Part shown: positions 16,480 through 24,000 of the stretch, in pieces | Layout: each line of letters opens with the position of its first letter | Position numbering within the stretch: position 1 is the first letter of the stretch | Assembly (NCBI RefSeq): GCF_032842345.1 | Contig: NZ_WBKO01000002.1 | Coordinates: 58,208 to 82,207 of the forward strand | DNA from: Methanoculleus caldifontis | GTDB lineage: Archaea > Halobacteriota > Methanomicrobia > Methanomicrobiales > Methanoculleaceae | Length of the DNA stretch: 24,000 nucleotides | Reading direction: 5' to 3' | The notes under the pieces: model-generated | What the model saw: only the letters and a program-made list of their open reading frames with translations | What the model was told of the DNA's origin: nothing | Database searches by the model: none | Translations under genes and position numbers: made by a program

Positions 16480-17664
16480 ATGGTTGACGGGAGATCGCGG
16501 CCGATCTACATGGACCATGCGGCGACGACGCCGGTACGGCCGGAGGTCGTCGAAGAGATGCTCCCCTGCTTCTTGGAACGGTTCGGTAATCCCTCCTCGA
16601 TCTACGCCCTCGCCCGTGAGGCGCAGGTGACGATGGAGAGGGCCCGGGGACGGGTGGCGGCGGCGATCGGGGCGAGCACGGATGAGATTTTCTTCACCTC
16701 CGGTGGGACCGAGGCCGATAACTGGGCGATCAAAGGGGTGGCGGCGGCGAACCGGAAGAAGGGCGATCATATCGTCACCTCCGCGATCGAGCACCACGCG
16801 GTCCTCCACCCCTGCCAGGCCCTCGAGAAGCAGGGCTACCGGGTCACCTACCTCCCGGTCGACGAGTTCGGCCGGGTGGAGCCGGCATCGGTCGAGGAGG
16901 CGATCACGGAGAAGACCGTCCTCGTCTCGGTGATGGCCGCAAACAACGAGATCGGGACGATCCAGCCGGTCCGCGCGATCGCGGGAGTCACCCACGACCA
17001 TGGCATTCTCTTCCACACCGACGCCGTCCAGGCGATCGGGGCGATACCGATCGACGTGGATGCGCTCGGGATCGACCTCCTCTCGCTCTCGGCCCACAAG
17101 TTCGGCGGGCCGAAGGGGACGGGAGCGCTCTACATCCGGCGGGGGACCCGCGTAAAGCCGCTCATGGATGGCGGGGCGCAGGAGCGGGGCCGCCGGGCCG
17201 GGACCGAGAATGTCCCCGGGATCGTCGGGATGGGGAAGGCGATCGACCTTGCGGTCGCCGAGATGCCGCAGAAGTCCGCCTGGCTCGCCGCGATGCGGGA
17301 CCGGCTGATCCGGGGGATCCTGGATTCTATCCCGGATACCCGTCTGAACGGCCACCCGACCGAGCGGCTCGCAAACAACGTCAATATGGCGTTCCGCTAC
17401 GTCGAGGGGGAGTCGATCCTTCTCTCGCTCGACGCCCTCGGGATCGCGGGCTCGACGGGGAGCGCCTGCACCTCGGCGTCGCTCGAGCCCTCGCATGTCC
17501 TGACCGCCTGTGGCCTCCCACCCGAGCACGCCCACGGCTCGCTCCGCCTCACCCTCGGCTCCCGGAACACCGATGAGGACGTCGATTACGTTCTTTCCGC
17601 CCTCCCCCGGGTGATCGAGCGCCTGCGGGAGATGTCGCCGCTCAGCCCTAACGATAACGCGTGA
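16480..17664 (+). CDS. iscS: Cysteine desulfurase, group I (IscS/NifS)
   Basis: IYMDHAATTP, PLP-Lys LSAHKFGGPKGTGALYIRR, active-site loop STGSACTSASLEPSHVL. ATG 16480; the ORF track starts at GTG 16471. Confidence 0.9.
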   Translation: MVDGRSRPIYMDHAATTPVRPEVVEEMLPCFLERFGNPSSIYALAREAQVTMERARGRVAAAIGASTDEIFFTSGGTEADNWAIKGVAAANRKKGDHIVTSAIEHHAVLHPCQALEKQGYRVTYLPVDEFGRVEPASVEEAITEKTVLVSVMAANNEIGTIQPVRAIAGVTHDHGILFHTDAVQAIGAIPIDVDALGIDLLSLSAHKFGGPKGTGALYIRRGTRVKPLMDGGAQERGRRAGTENVPGIVGMGKAIDLAVAEMPQKSAWLAAMRDRLIRGILDSIPDTRLNGHPTERLANNVNMAFRYVEGESILLSLDALGIAGSTGSACTSASLEPSHVLTACGLPPEHAHGSLRLTLGSRNTDEDVDYVLSALPRVIERLREMSPLSPNDNA

Positions 17665-17669
17665 TCTCT

Positions 17670-18059
17670 ATGTACAGCGAACAAGTTATGGACCATTTCA
17701 TGAACCCCCGGAACATGGGGGAGATCCCGGATGCGGACGGTGTCGGCGAGGTCGGGAACCCGGCCTGCGGCGACATCATGCGGATAACTCTCCGGGTCGA
17801 AGAGGACAGGATTGTGGATGCAAAGTTCAAGACTTTCGGGTGCGCCGCCGCCATCGCGTCGAGCTCGATGGCCACCGAACTCATCAAGGGCAAAACCCTC
17901 GAAGAGGCGTGGGCGGTCACCAACCGGGCGGTTGCCGAGGCGCTGGAGGGGTTGCCTCCCCAGAAACTTCACTGCTCGGTCCTCGCCGAAGAGGGGATCC
18001 ACAAGGCGATCGACGACTACCGGGCGCGGCACGGAACACCGACCGCGAATGGAGGATAA
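17670..18059 (+). CDS. iscU: Fe-S cluster scaffold IscU/NifU-like
   Basis: VMDHFMNPRNMGE, GNPACGDIM, FKTFGCAAAIASSS, KLHCSVLAEE: the three cluster Cys in canonical context. ATG 17670. Confidence 0.9.
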   Translation: MYSEQVMDHFMNPRNMGEIPDADGVGEVGNPACGDIMRITLRVEEDRIVDAKFKTFGCAAAIASSSMATELIKGKTLEEAWAVTNRAVAEALEGLPPQKLHCSVLAEEGIHKAIDDYRARHGTPTANGG

Positions 18060-18063
18060 CGGT

Positions 18064-18798
18064 ATGCTCACCGAGCGGGAACAGGAGCGCTACGCCCGGC
18101 AGATCCTCCTCTTCGGCGAGGCGGGTCAAGAACGGCTGAAGAAGGCGAAGGTCTTCATCGCCGGGGCAGGGGGTCTCGGCTGCCCGATCGCCCTCTACCT
18201 TGCTGTCGCCGGTGTCGGGGAGATCCGCCTTGTGGACCGGGATACAGTGGACCGGACCAACCTGAACCGGCAGGTCCTCCACTGGGAGAGGGATCTCGGT
18301 ACCCCTAAGGCCGAATCGGCAGAGGCGAAACTCCGGGAGGCAAACCCGGATGTCCACATAGAGGCTCTGGAGGAGACCATCGACGAGGCGAACGTCCGGG
18401 ACCTGGTGGGTGATGCCGATCTGATCGTGGATGCGATGGACAACTTCCCGACCCGCTACCTCCTGAACCGGGAGGCGCTCCGGTCCGGCGTGCCGCTCAT
18501 CCACGGTGCAATCAGGGGATTCGACGGCCAGGCAACGACCCTCGTCCCCGGCCGGACTGCCTGCCTCGAGTGCCTCTTCCCGGAGGCCCCGCCCGGCGAG
18601 GTCTTCCCGGTCGTCGGAACTACACCGGGGATCATCGGCCTCATTCAGGCGAACGAGGCGATCAAGTATATCACCGGTGCCGGCGACCTTCTGCTGGACC
18701 GGCTCCTCATCTGGGACGGCCTTTCGACGACGCTTGAGACGTACGCCGTGGAGCGGCGGCCGGACTGCCCTGCCTGCGGTGAAGGGATGAGACCATGA
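18064..18798 (+). CDS. moeB: E1-like adenylyltransferase of the MoeB/ThiF/UbaA family
   Basis: RYARQILLFGEAGQERL, Rossmann FIAGAGGLGCP, DRDTVDRTNLNRQ, Zn motifs CLECLF and CPACG. Real gene is the 3' part of listed ORF 17812-18798. Confidence 0.85.
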   Translation: MLTEREQERYARQILLFGEAGQERLKKAKVFIAGAGGLGCPIALYLAVAGVGEIRLVDRDTVDRTNLNRQVLHWERDLGTPKAESAEAKLREANPDVHIEALEETIDEANVRDLVGDADLIVDAMDNFPTRYLLNREALRSGVPLIHGAIRGFDGQATTLVPGRTACLECLFPEAPPGEVFPVVGTTPGIIGLIQANEAIKYITGAGDLLLDRLLIWDGLSTTLETYAVERRPDCPACGEGMRP

Positions 18799-19073
18799 AG
18801 GTCCGGGTGAAGACGTTCGCCCGGTTCCGGGAGATCCTCGGCGGGGAGTCGACGCTTGATCTCCCCGATGGGGCAACGATGGCAGCGGTTCTCGCCGCGC
18901 TCCGTGGCCGTGCCGGGGACGAGAGCGATGCAATCTTCGATGAGACCGGGGCGCTCCGGGCGCATGTCATCCTGATGCGAAACGGGAAGCGGATCGGCAA
19001 AGCCGACCGCAATGCTCTCGTTCTTGCGGAGGGGGACGAGATCGCCCTCTTCCCGCCGGTCGCGGGCGGATGA
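18795..19073 (+). CDS. moaD: MoaD/ThiS-family sulfur carrier (92 aa, C-terminal Gly-Gly)
   Basis: MKVRVKTFARFREILG...EGDEIALFPPVAGG-stop. Its ATG overlaps the moeB TGA (ATGA), and its TGA overlaps the moaE ATG (ATGA). Confidence 0.75.
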   Translation: MKVRVKTFARFREILGGESTLDLPDGATMAAVLAALRGRAGDESDAIFDETGALRAHVILMRNGKRIGKADRNALVLAEGDEIALFPPVAGG

Positions 19074-19504
19074 GGGGGTATGAGGTTATGATCGGTATTA
19101 CCAGGGATGTCATCGACGCAGGCGCGATGATCGAGGCGGCGAAGAGACCGGGCATGGGAGCCCTGGTCACCTTCTGTGGTGTCGTCAGGGACGACGGCGG
19201 TATCGAGCGGATGGAACTGGAGGTCTACGAAGAGGTTGCGGTCCGCGAACTGGAACTGATCCGCGACGAGACAATGCGGGAATACCCGATCGAGTCGGTG
19301 GATATCGTCCACCGTGTCGGGTCTCTCCAGCTCGGCGAGACCATACTCCTCATCGTCGTCGGTGCCGGGCACCGGAAAGAGGCGTTTGAGGCCTGCGAGT
19401 ACATCCTCGAGCGAATCAAGGAGAGCGTGCCGATCTGGAAGAAGGAGATCGGGGAGGGCGGCGAGCGCTGGGTGCCGGGCGAGTCGTCCGGGGGCGACGC
19501 ATGA
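19070..19504 (+). CDS. moaE: Molybdopterin synthase catalytic subunit MoaE
   Basis: GALVTFCGVVRD, IVHRVGSLQLGETILLIVVGAGHRKEAFEACEYILERIKESVPIWKKE: the MoaE signature. ATG 19088 is a possible alternative start. Confidence 0.85.
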   Translation: MRGYEVMIGITRDVIDAGAMIEAAKRPGMGALVTFCGVVRDDGGIERMELEVYEEVAVRELELIRDETMREYPIESVDIVHRVGSLQLGETILLIVVGAGHRKEAFEACEYILERIKESVPIWKKEIGEGGERWVPGESSGGDA

Positions 19505-20715
19505 TCCGGCTGCAGTCCTGCCGCAAAGCCTACGCGAAGGAGACCCAGCGCACAGTCGCCCCGGAAGAGACACTGGAGCGGGCACGGGCAAAGCTCCCGG
19601 CCGCCGGGATCACCCGGATCGCCGATATCACGAATCTCGACCGGATCGGGATCCCAGTCTTCTCGAGCATCCGCCCGACCGCTGAGGCGGGGGCGATCTC
19701 GGTCTACAACGGCAAGGGCGCCACCCCGATCGAGGCGGAAGTCTCGGCGATGATGGAGGGGATCGAGCGCTACTCGGGCGAGATGGCCGACCGGGAGATC
19801 GTCACCGGGAGGTACAGCGAGGTCTCGGCCGAAAGAACCGCTCTCGACCCGGCGGACCTGATCCTCCCCGAGAGGGTCCCGGCCGATATGGTGGTCCCGT
19901 GGGTGGAGGGATATGATATCGTGCAGGGCGAGGAGGTGCTCGTCCCCGCCCACGCGGTCTTCCACCCCCTCCCGGTGACCTGCGGCCGCCTTTTCAGGAC
20001 CAACACCAACGGGCTCGCCTCCGGGAACACACTTGAGGAGGCGACGTTCCACGCCCTGATGGAGGTGGTCGAACGCGACGCCTGGTCGCTCGTCGAGGTG
20101 ACCAAAAAGACCGGGCCGCGGATCGAAGGGGTCACTGACGGGCTTGCGGCCGACCTGCTCGCGAAGTTCGCGGCCGCCGGGGTCGAGGTCACGCTCAGGG
20201 ATATCACGAGCGACACCGGGATCCCGACGGTGGCCGCGGTCGCCGACGACGTGGTGCTCAAAGACCCGACGCTCCTGACGATCGGGATGGGATCCCACAC
20301 GAGCGCCGGGATCGCCGTTCTCCGGGCACTCACGGAGGTCGCCCAGAGCCGGCTGACCCAGATCCACGGCGCCCGGGAGGACACCGATACGGCGGACGTC
20401 AGGAAGCGGATCGGTTACGAGCGGACGAAGCGGCTGAACCGGCACTGGTTCGCGGAGAACGGTTCGGTCGAGTTTGCGGCCATGCCGTCGTTTGACAGCG
20501 ATGATTTCCTCACCGACATCGATCGGGTCACCGGCCGGCTCGCAACATCCGGGCTCTCGCGGGCGATCGTGGTCGACCTGACCCGGCCGGAGATCGGCAT
20601 CCCGGTCGTCCGGGTGATCGTGCCGGGGTTGGAAGTCTACGCAATGGACCAGGACCGGATCGGGGGGAGGTGCCGTGACGCCCGGAATCGTCGTCTTCCT
20701 CGGTCCCAGCTGTGA
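19501..20715 (+). CDS. ycaO: YcaO-domain ATP-dependent amide-activating enzyme (methanogen McrA thioglycine type)
   Basis: ITNLDRIGIPVF, GKGATPIEAEVSAMMEGIERYS, TNGLASGNTLEEATFHALMEVVERDAW. Its ATG overlaps the moaE TGA (ATGA). Confidence 0.9.
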   Translation: MIRLQSCRKAYAKETQRTVAPEETLERARAKLPAAGITRIADITNLDRIGIPVFSSIRPTAEAGAISVYNGKGATPIEAEVSAMMEGIERYSGEMADREIVTGRYSEVSAERTALDPADLILPERVPADMVVPWVEGYDIVQGEEVLVPAHAVFHPLPVTCGRLFRTNTNGLASGNTLEEATFHALMEVVERDAWSLVEVTKKTGPRIEGVTDGLAADLLAKFAAAGVEVTLRDITSDTGIPTVAAVADDVVLKDPTLLTIGMGSHTSAGIAVLRALTEVAQSRLTQIHGAREDTDTADVRKRIGYERTKRLNRHWFAENGSVEFAAMPSFDSDDFLTDIDRVTGRLATSGLSRAIVVDLTRPEIGIPVVRVIVPGLEVYAMDQDRIGGRCRDARNRRLPRSQL

Positions 20716-21331
20716 CCTTGCCTCCGCCCGGGCGATCCTCGACGCCGAGTACCGTCCTCCGGCGAAGCGGGGAGATATAGCGGAGGCCGCAAGGGCCGGA
20801 GCCCGGATCGTCGGGCTCATCGACGGCGTCTTCTTCCAGGACTGCGCCGTCGCCCACCGGGAGGTCCTCGCCGCGCTCCGGGCCGGGGTGCGGGTCGTCG
20901 GCGCCTCCAGCATGGGAGCCCTCCGGGCCGCGGAGCTCGACAGCCTCGGGATGGAGGGCGTCGGCGAGATCTACCGGGCCTACCGGGAGGGGAGGCTCGT
21001 CGCCGACGACGAAGTGGCGCTCGTCTTCGACCCCGAGACCTTCGTCCCGCTCTCCGAGCCGCTCGTGAACATCCGGGCGACCCTGCAGGAGGCGCTCGCG
21101 CGGGGCGCGATCGGGGCCGGTGCGGCACGAGAACTTCTCAGTGCCGCACAGAGGCTCTACTTCCCCGAGAGGACCTACGATGCGATCGTCGAGGCCGCGG
21201 AGGGGACGGTGGACCCGGAGGACCTTGCCCGCTTCCTTGCGTTTGCCGGTGAGCATGCCGTCGACCGGAAGCGTGAGGACGCGCTGTCGGCGCTCAGGTA
21301 CATTCGCGAGCTTGCCGACAGCCTGCCGTGA
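20675..21331 (+). CDS. tfuA: TfuA-domain protein (YcaO partner for thioamidation)
   Basis: VVFLGPS...EYRPPAKRGDI, GLIDGVFFQDCAVAHREVL, VVGASSMGALRAAEL, EVALVF. GTG 20675 is preceded by GGAGGT and overlaps the ycaO 3' end by 41 nt. Confidence 0.85.
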   Translation: MTPGIVVFLGPSCDLASARAILDAEYRPPAKRGDIAEAARAGARIVGLIDGVFFQDCAVAHREVLAALRAGVRVVGASSMGALRAAELDSLGMEGVGEIYRAYREGRLVADDEVALVFDPETFVPLSEPLVNIRATLQEALARGAIGAGAARELLSAAQRLYFPERTYDAIVEAAEGTVDPEDLARFLAFAGEHAVDRKREDALSALRYIRELADSLP

Positions 21332-21334
21332 GCG

Positions 21335-21352
21335 TTGAACCGGCGGGTTCAA
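21335..21352 (+). terminator. Hairpin TTGAACC-GGCG-GGTTCAA just after the tfuA stop (possible operon end)
   Basis: Perfect 7-bp inverted repeat read directly, 4 nt after TGA 21329-21331. No following T-run, so terminator function is uncertain. Confidence 0.3.
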
Positions 21353-21750
21353 TGGTTCCACTGCAACCATCGTAGCAATACATCTCCGGCCGGACCGAGT
21401 TCTGTGTAGCGGTGCGGATTCATTCCCACCGCAGGGGGCAGCGCAATAACCGGAGCCGAAGCGGCTCTCCCTGCCCGCCGCACTTCCGGCACCTGCGGCG
21501 GACCCCGGGGAGCGCCCTCCGGCCGGAACCACACAGGCATGTACTCAGGCAGCTGCCCCGGATATCTGGTCCGGACAACATCAGAACGGCAGTGCCCGGT
21601 CAGCGGGTACCGCAGTCAACGGCCGGATCCGCCCCTGGGACGGGTCCGGCGGGGAGAAGATCGAGTGGCTCTCCTACAACCCACCTATCCTGACCCACCG
21701 CAATGATCTCCTCCGGGGCGGCACACACTCCGGGGGTTTCTCCCCGACTG

Positions 21751-22218
21751 CTACGCGCTCCACGCATCCGCTGCCTGGAGGGCCGCTTCGGCACGTTCTG
21801 CCGGCGAACCTGTGAGGGCGGAGGGGAGGTCCGCGAAGTCGCCGCGCAACACCATCAGGGCGTACTTCTCCCGGTCGATCTCCTTTCTCGTCCGGAACCC
21901 CAGCCGCCGGAAGACCTCGAGCGGCGGGCACCATCCCTGCACGGCGTGCTGCAGCAGGAACGGCAGGACGAGGCCCGGCAGGATGAGCCACCGCGGGTTA
22001 TGGCGGACGACCGCGAGGGCAAGTCCCGTCGTCCCGAGAAGCGCTGCATTCGCCTCCAGCGCTCGTTCCACATCCCATTCACGGTCCAGCTCAAGGATAC
22101 GTGCCGTGATCCCGGCGTCGCCCTTCATCGCGAGATAGCGGAGACGCCAGGCAATCTCGTGGTCGATCCGGGCGTTGACGGCGGGTGCCGTGTGCTCTCT
22201 TACCCTGTCGGCGGTCAT
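21751..22218 (-). CDS. Hypothetical membrane protein with a DUF2892/YgaP-like C-proximal segment (family name from memory)
   Basis: ATG 22218 (the ORF track starts at GTG 22251). Hydrophobic stretch LLGTTGLALAVV...LILPGLVLPFLLQHAVQGWCPPLEVFRRLGFRT resembles the G-x-CP...G..T motif of YgaP-like domains. Confidence 0.5.
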   Translation of the reverse strand: MTADRVREHTAPAVNARIDHEIAWRLRYLAMKGDAGITARILELDREWDVERALEANAALLGTTGLALAVVRHNPRWLILPGLVLPFLLQHAVQGWCPPLEVFRRLGFRTRKEIDREKYALMVLRGDFADLPSALTGSPAERAEAALQAADAWSA

Positions 22219-22504
22219 GCTCGAAACACCTGCGGCCGTAAGCACACCCACGCGACAAGAAGGTTATGGTCCCGCCGCGGGTCGGGAGTCATGCCGTAGC
22301 GACCTGTGTTCGGCCGACCGGCGGAAAACCCGTCCTGAAAGATACCGGAGAGTCCGGTGCGTCGTAATGCAGGGGCCGGCGGCAGATGCAAAAAAAGTCT
22401 GTATAGAGGACGTGCAGTAGCGCACTGGAAGGGTATGGCGGACGCGGCGCAGGCAGGGTTCCATCGCGCACGACGCCTGGCCACGTACTAGTAAGAATCC
22501 CGCA

Positions 22505-22550
22505 GATAAAAATGTTTACCATTTATAATAAAAAATATTTTTAGTAGCAA
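22505..22550 (-). promoter_or_regulatory. AT-rich island: oligo-U terminator region for the hydrolase gene plus a TATA-like element for a downstream minus-strand transcript
   Basis: The only strongly AT-rich block in the 3' third of the window. The minus strand reads ...CTAAAAATATTTTTTATTATAAATGGTAAACATTTTTATC..., with a T6 and a T5 run after stop 22568 and TTATAAAT as TATA candidate. Contains the 12-bp palindrome AAAAATATTTTT (22531-22542). Confidence 0.4.
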
Positions 22551-22567
22551 TCAACCATTCCTTCTCC

Positions 22568-23404
22568 CTACCGGGAACGCTCCAGCGAGAGCACCCCGGC
22601 CAGCCACGCGACACGGTCGCGGCGGGCTGCTTCGTCAAGGAAATGGCCCGCGTCGTACCACTCGAGCGACTTCGGTTCGCTCGCCTGCTCGAAGAACTCC
22701 CGGGCCTGCTCCTCCGTGAAGAACTCGTCTCGAAGAGCGGCCTGGAAGAGGAGCGGGGTGGGTGCGGCATGGCCGACCCAGGCGGCAGGGTCGAGTTCCG
22801 CGAGCGTCCGGCGGTAATGCTCGAATTTCTCGCCCTGCAGGTCGGGCAGGTTCACGGCGGCGACGTCGACAAACCTTCCGGTGCCCGTCATCAGGACTGC
22901 GGCTCGGAGGCGCCGATCGACGCCGGCGAGCACCGCCCCGAAAAGCGCCCCGACACTGTGGCCCACGAACCCGATCCGGTCCGGATCGACGCCCGGCTGC
23001 GCTACGAGGAGATCTATCCCCCGGCGAAGGTCGATCACCGTCCGGTTATGCTCCCGCACGGCCTCCTCGGGATCCGTGACTGCCTGACCCCAGGCTGCTG
23101 CCGTATCCGGGGCCCACGGGGCCTCGACGAGCAGGGAGGCCGCACCCATCCCGGCAAGGGCCACGGCCTCGGCGAGGAACGTGGCGCGGGAACCAAGTCC
23201 CGGGTGGAGGAAGAGAATGGCAGCGGAGCGTTTCGACCGGTCAACTTCTGCCGGGGCCACCAGGTAGGCCCGAACCCCCCGATCCGGGGCAGTCTGGTAG
23301 GTCAGGTCGCTGACCGAGATTTCGGTGCCGGCAATCTCGATCGCGGGCGGTCTTCCCGCGTCGTAGTCGAAGAGCGGGCGCAAGTTATCGGCGGTTCGTT
23401 CCAT
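22568..23404 (-). CDS. Alpha/beta hydrolase (dienelactone hydrolase-like)
   Basis: Nucleophile elbow GFVGHSVGALFG, oxyanion-region ILFLHPGLGS, C-terminal WYDAGHFL (His). ATG 23404 has AGGAG 5 nt upstream; the ORF track starts at GTG 23434. Confidence 0.75.
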   Translation of the reverse strand: MERTADNLRPLFDYDAGRPPAIEIAGTEISVSDLTYQTAPDRGVRAYLVAPAEVDRSKRSAAILFLHPGLGSRATFLAEAVALAGMGAASLLVEAPWAPDTAAAWGQAVTDPEEAVREHNRTVIDLRRGIDLLVAQPGVDPDRIGFVGHSVGALFGAVLAGVDRRLRAAVLMTGTGRFVDVAAVNLPDLQGEKFEHYRRTLAELDPAAWVGHAAPTPLLFQAALRDEFFTEEQAREFFEQASEPKSLEWYDAGHFLDEAARRDRVAWLAGVLSLERSR

Positions 23405-23545
23405 AAGACTCCTTCTGCCTTCTTCTCGACTCACCGGCAGATAAACCCGGCGCCTGCGGGGGGAAAGTGATCGCGGCCCTCTCTGCCCCTGCTCCGAATG
23501 GAAGGTTTTTCTACCCGGGCACCCCTTCCTTCAAGAGGTGATGTT

Positions 23546-24000
23546 ATGGCGATTGACTGGTATCAGGAATTTGTCGACTTAAACCACGCCCCGGGCCCGG
23601 ACGAGATCGTGGCACTCTACTACTTCGAACCGGCCGAAGGGATCAGCAAGGAGGAGGCAATCGGGAGGATCGCGTCGGAGAGTTCGACCGGGACCTGGAC
23701 GACGCTCTTCACCCTGCCGCCCCGGATGCGTGACCTCCAGGCGAAGGCGTTCGAGATCGAGGGGAACTACGTGAAGATCGCCTACCCTCTTGCCCTCTGG
23801 GAGGAGGGGAACGCGACCCAGCTCCTGAGCGGGATCGCCGGAAACATCTTCGGCATGAAGGCTATCAGAAACCTCCGGCTGATCGACGCCTCGCTCCCGG
23901 CCGAATACCTCCGGCACTTCAAGGGGCCGGAATTCGGTATCGAGGGGATCCGGGATATGATGAAGGTCCACGGCAGACCGCTCACCGGTGCGGTCCCCAA
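23546..24000 (+). CDS. rbcL: RuBisCO large subunit, archaeal form III type, N-terminal 151 codons (3' end outside the window)
   Basis: Not in the ORF track because it is open-ended. My translation from ATG 23546 (GAGGTG 6 nt upstream) reads MAIDWYQEFVDL...GRIASESSTGTWTTL...LLSGIAGNIFGMKAIRNLRLID...VHGRPLTGAVP. This matches the ESSTGTWT and GRPLxGxxxKP RuBisCO signatures. Confidence 0.85.
   Translation, partial: MAIDWYQEFVDLNHAPGPDEIVALYYFEPAEGISKEEAIGRIASESSTGTWTTLFTLPPRMRDLQAKAFEIEGNYVKIAYPLALWEEGNATQLLSGIAGNIFGMKAIRNLRLIDASLPAEYLRHFKGPEFGIEGIRDMMKVHGRPLTGAVP

Noticed and set aside
16426-20913. Antisense ORFs 16426-17535, 17917-18933, 18707-19591 and 19225-20913
   Set aside because: All are antisense to motif-verified genes (iscS, moeB, moaD/E, ycaO) and have biased Arg/Pro/Asp composition. 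They are GC-driven stop-codon depletion, not genes.
22430-22480. Fluoride (crcB-type) riboswitch resemblance in the leader (minus strand GCGCGAUGG...CUACUG)
   Set aside because: Only the outer few nucleotides resemble the motif. The pseudoknot/helix pattern cannot be drawn, and the downstream gene is not a fluoride exporter.
1-24000. Mobile elements, integrases, toxin-antitoxin or defence systems, tRNA/rRNA genes
   Set aside because: I saw no transposase, integrase or recombinase motifs, no terminal inverted or direct repeats flanking a block, and no tRNA-like T-arm (GGTTCGAATCC-type) in any intergenic gap. The AbrB-like protein is not paired with a toxin gene.

Overview
GC-rich, densely coding archaeal window. 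SepCysS, YcaO-TfuA, form III RuBisCO, HgcAB and leaderless-type promoters point to a Methanomicrobiales-like methanogen (inference). I call about 31 genes, no tRNA/rRNA, CRISPR or mobile element, and one large candidate structured RNA. More than 20 of the genes mobilise, carry or insert sulfur. (1) A plus-strand operon runs SepCysS, metY, metX-CBS, two small methanogen-type unknowns, thiI, cysK and a cysE-DUF59 fusion. (2) nadA lies divergent from an unknown 115-aa Cys protein. (3) A BioB/LipA-like radical-SAM gene lies divergent from a ThiS-like carrier and a TtuA/Ncs6-like thiolase. (4) hgcA-hgcB (mercury methylation) sits behind a Cys-rich AbrB-like gene and a perfect 20-bp palindrome. (5) A minus-strand operon runs HTH regulator, LarE-like PP-loop enzyme, SufS-like desulfurase and FdhD. 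(6) Divergent from it is iscS-iscU-moeB/ubaA-moaD-moaE-ycaO-tfuA, with the last five genes start/stop-overlapped. The strongest unexplained signal is a perfect 14-bp AT palindrome, TTAACAATTGTTAA. It occurs exactly three times, only in divergent promoter gaps of these sulfur/Fe-S genes, and one copy lies in front of the small Cys-containing HTH regulator. I read this as the operator of an undescribed sulfur/Fe-S trafficking regulon. All functional calls come from motifs read by eye; no database search was run.
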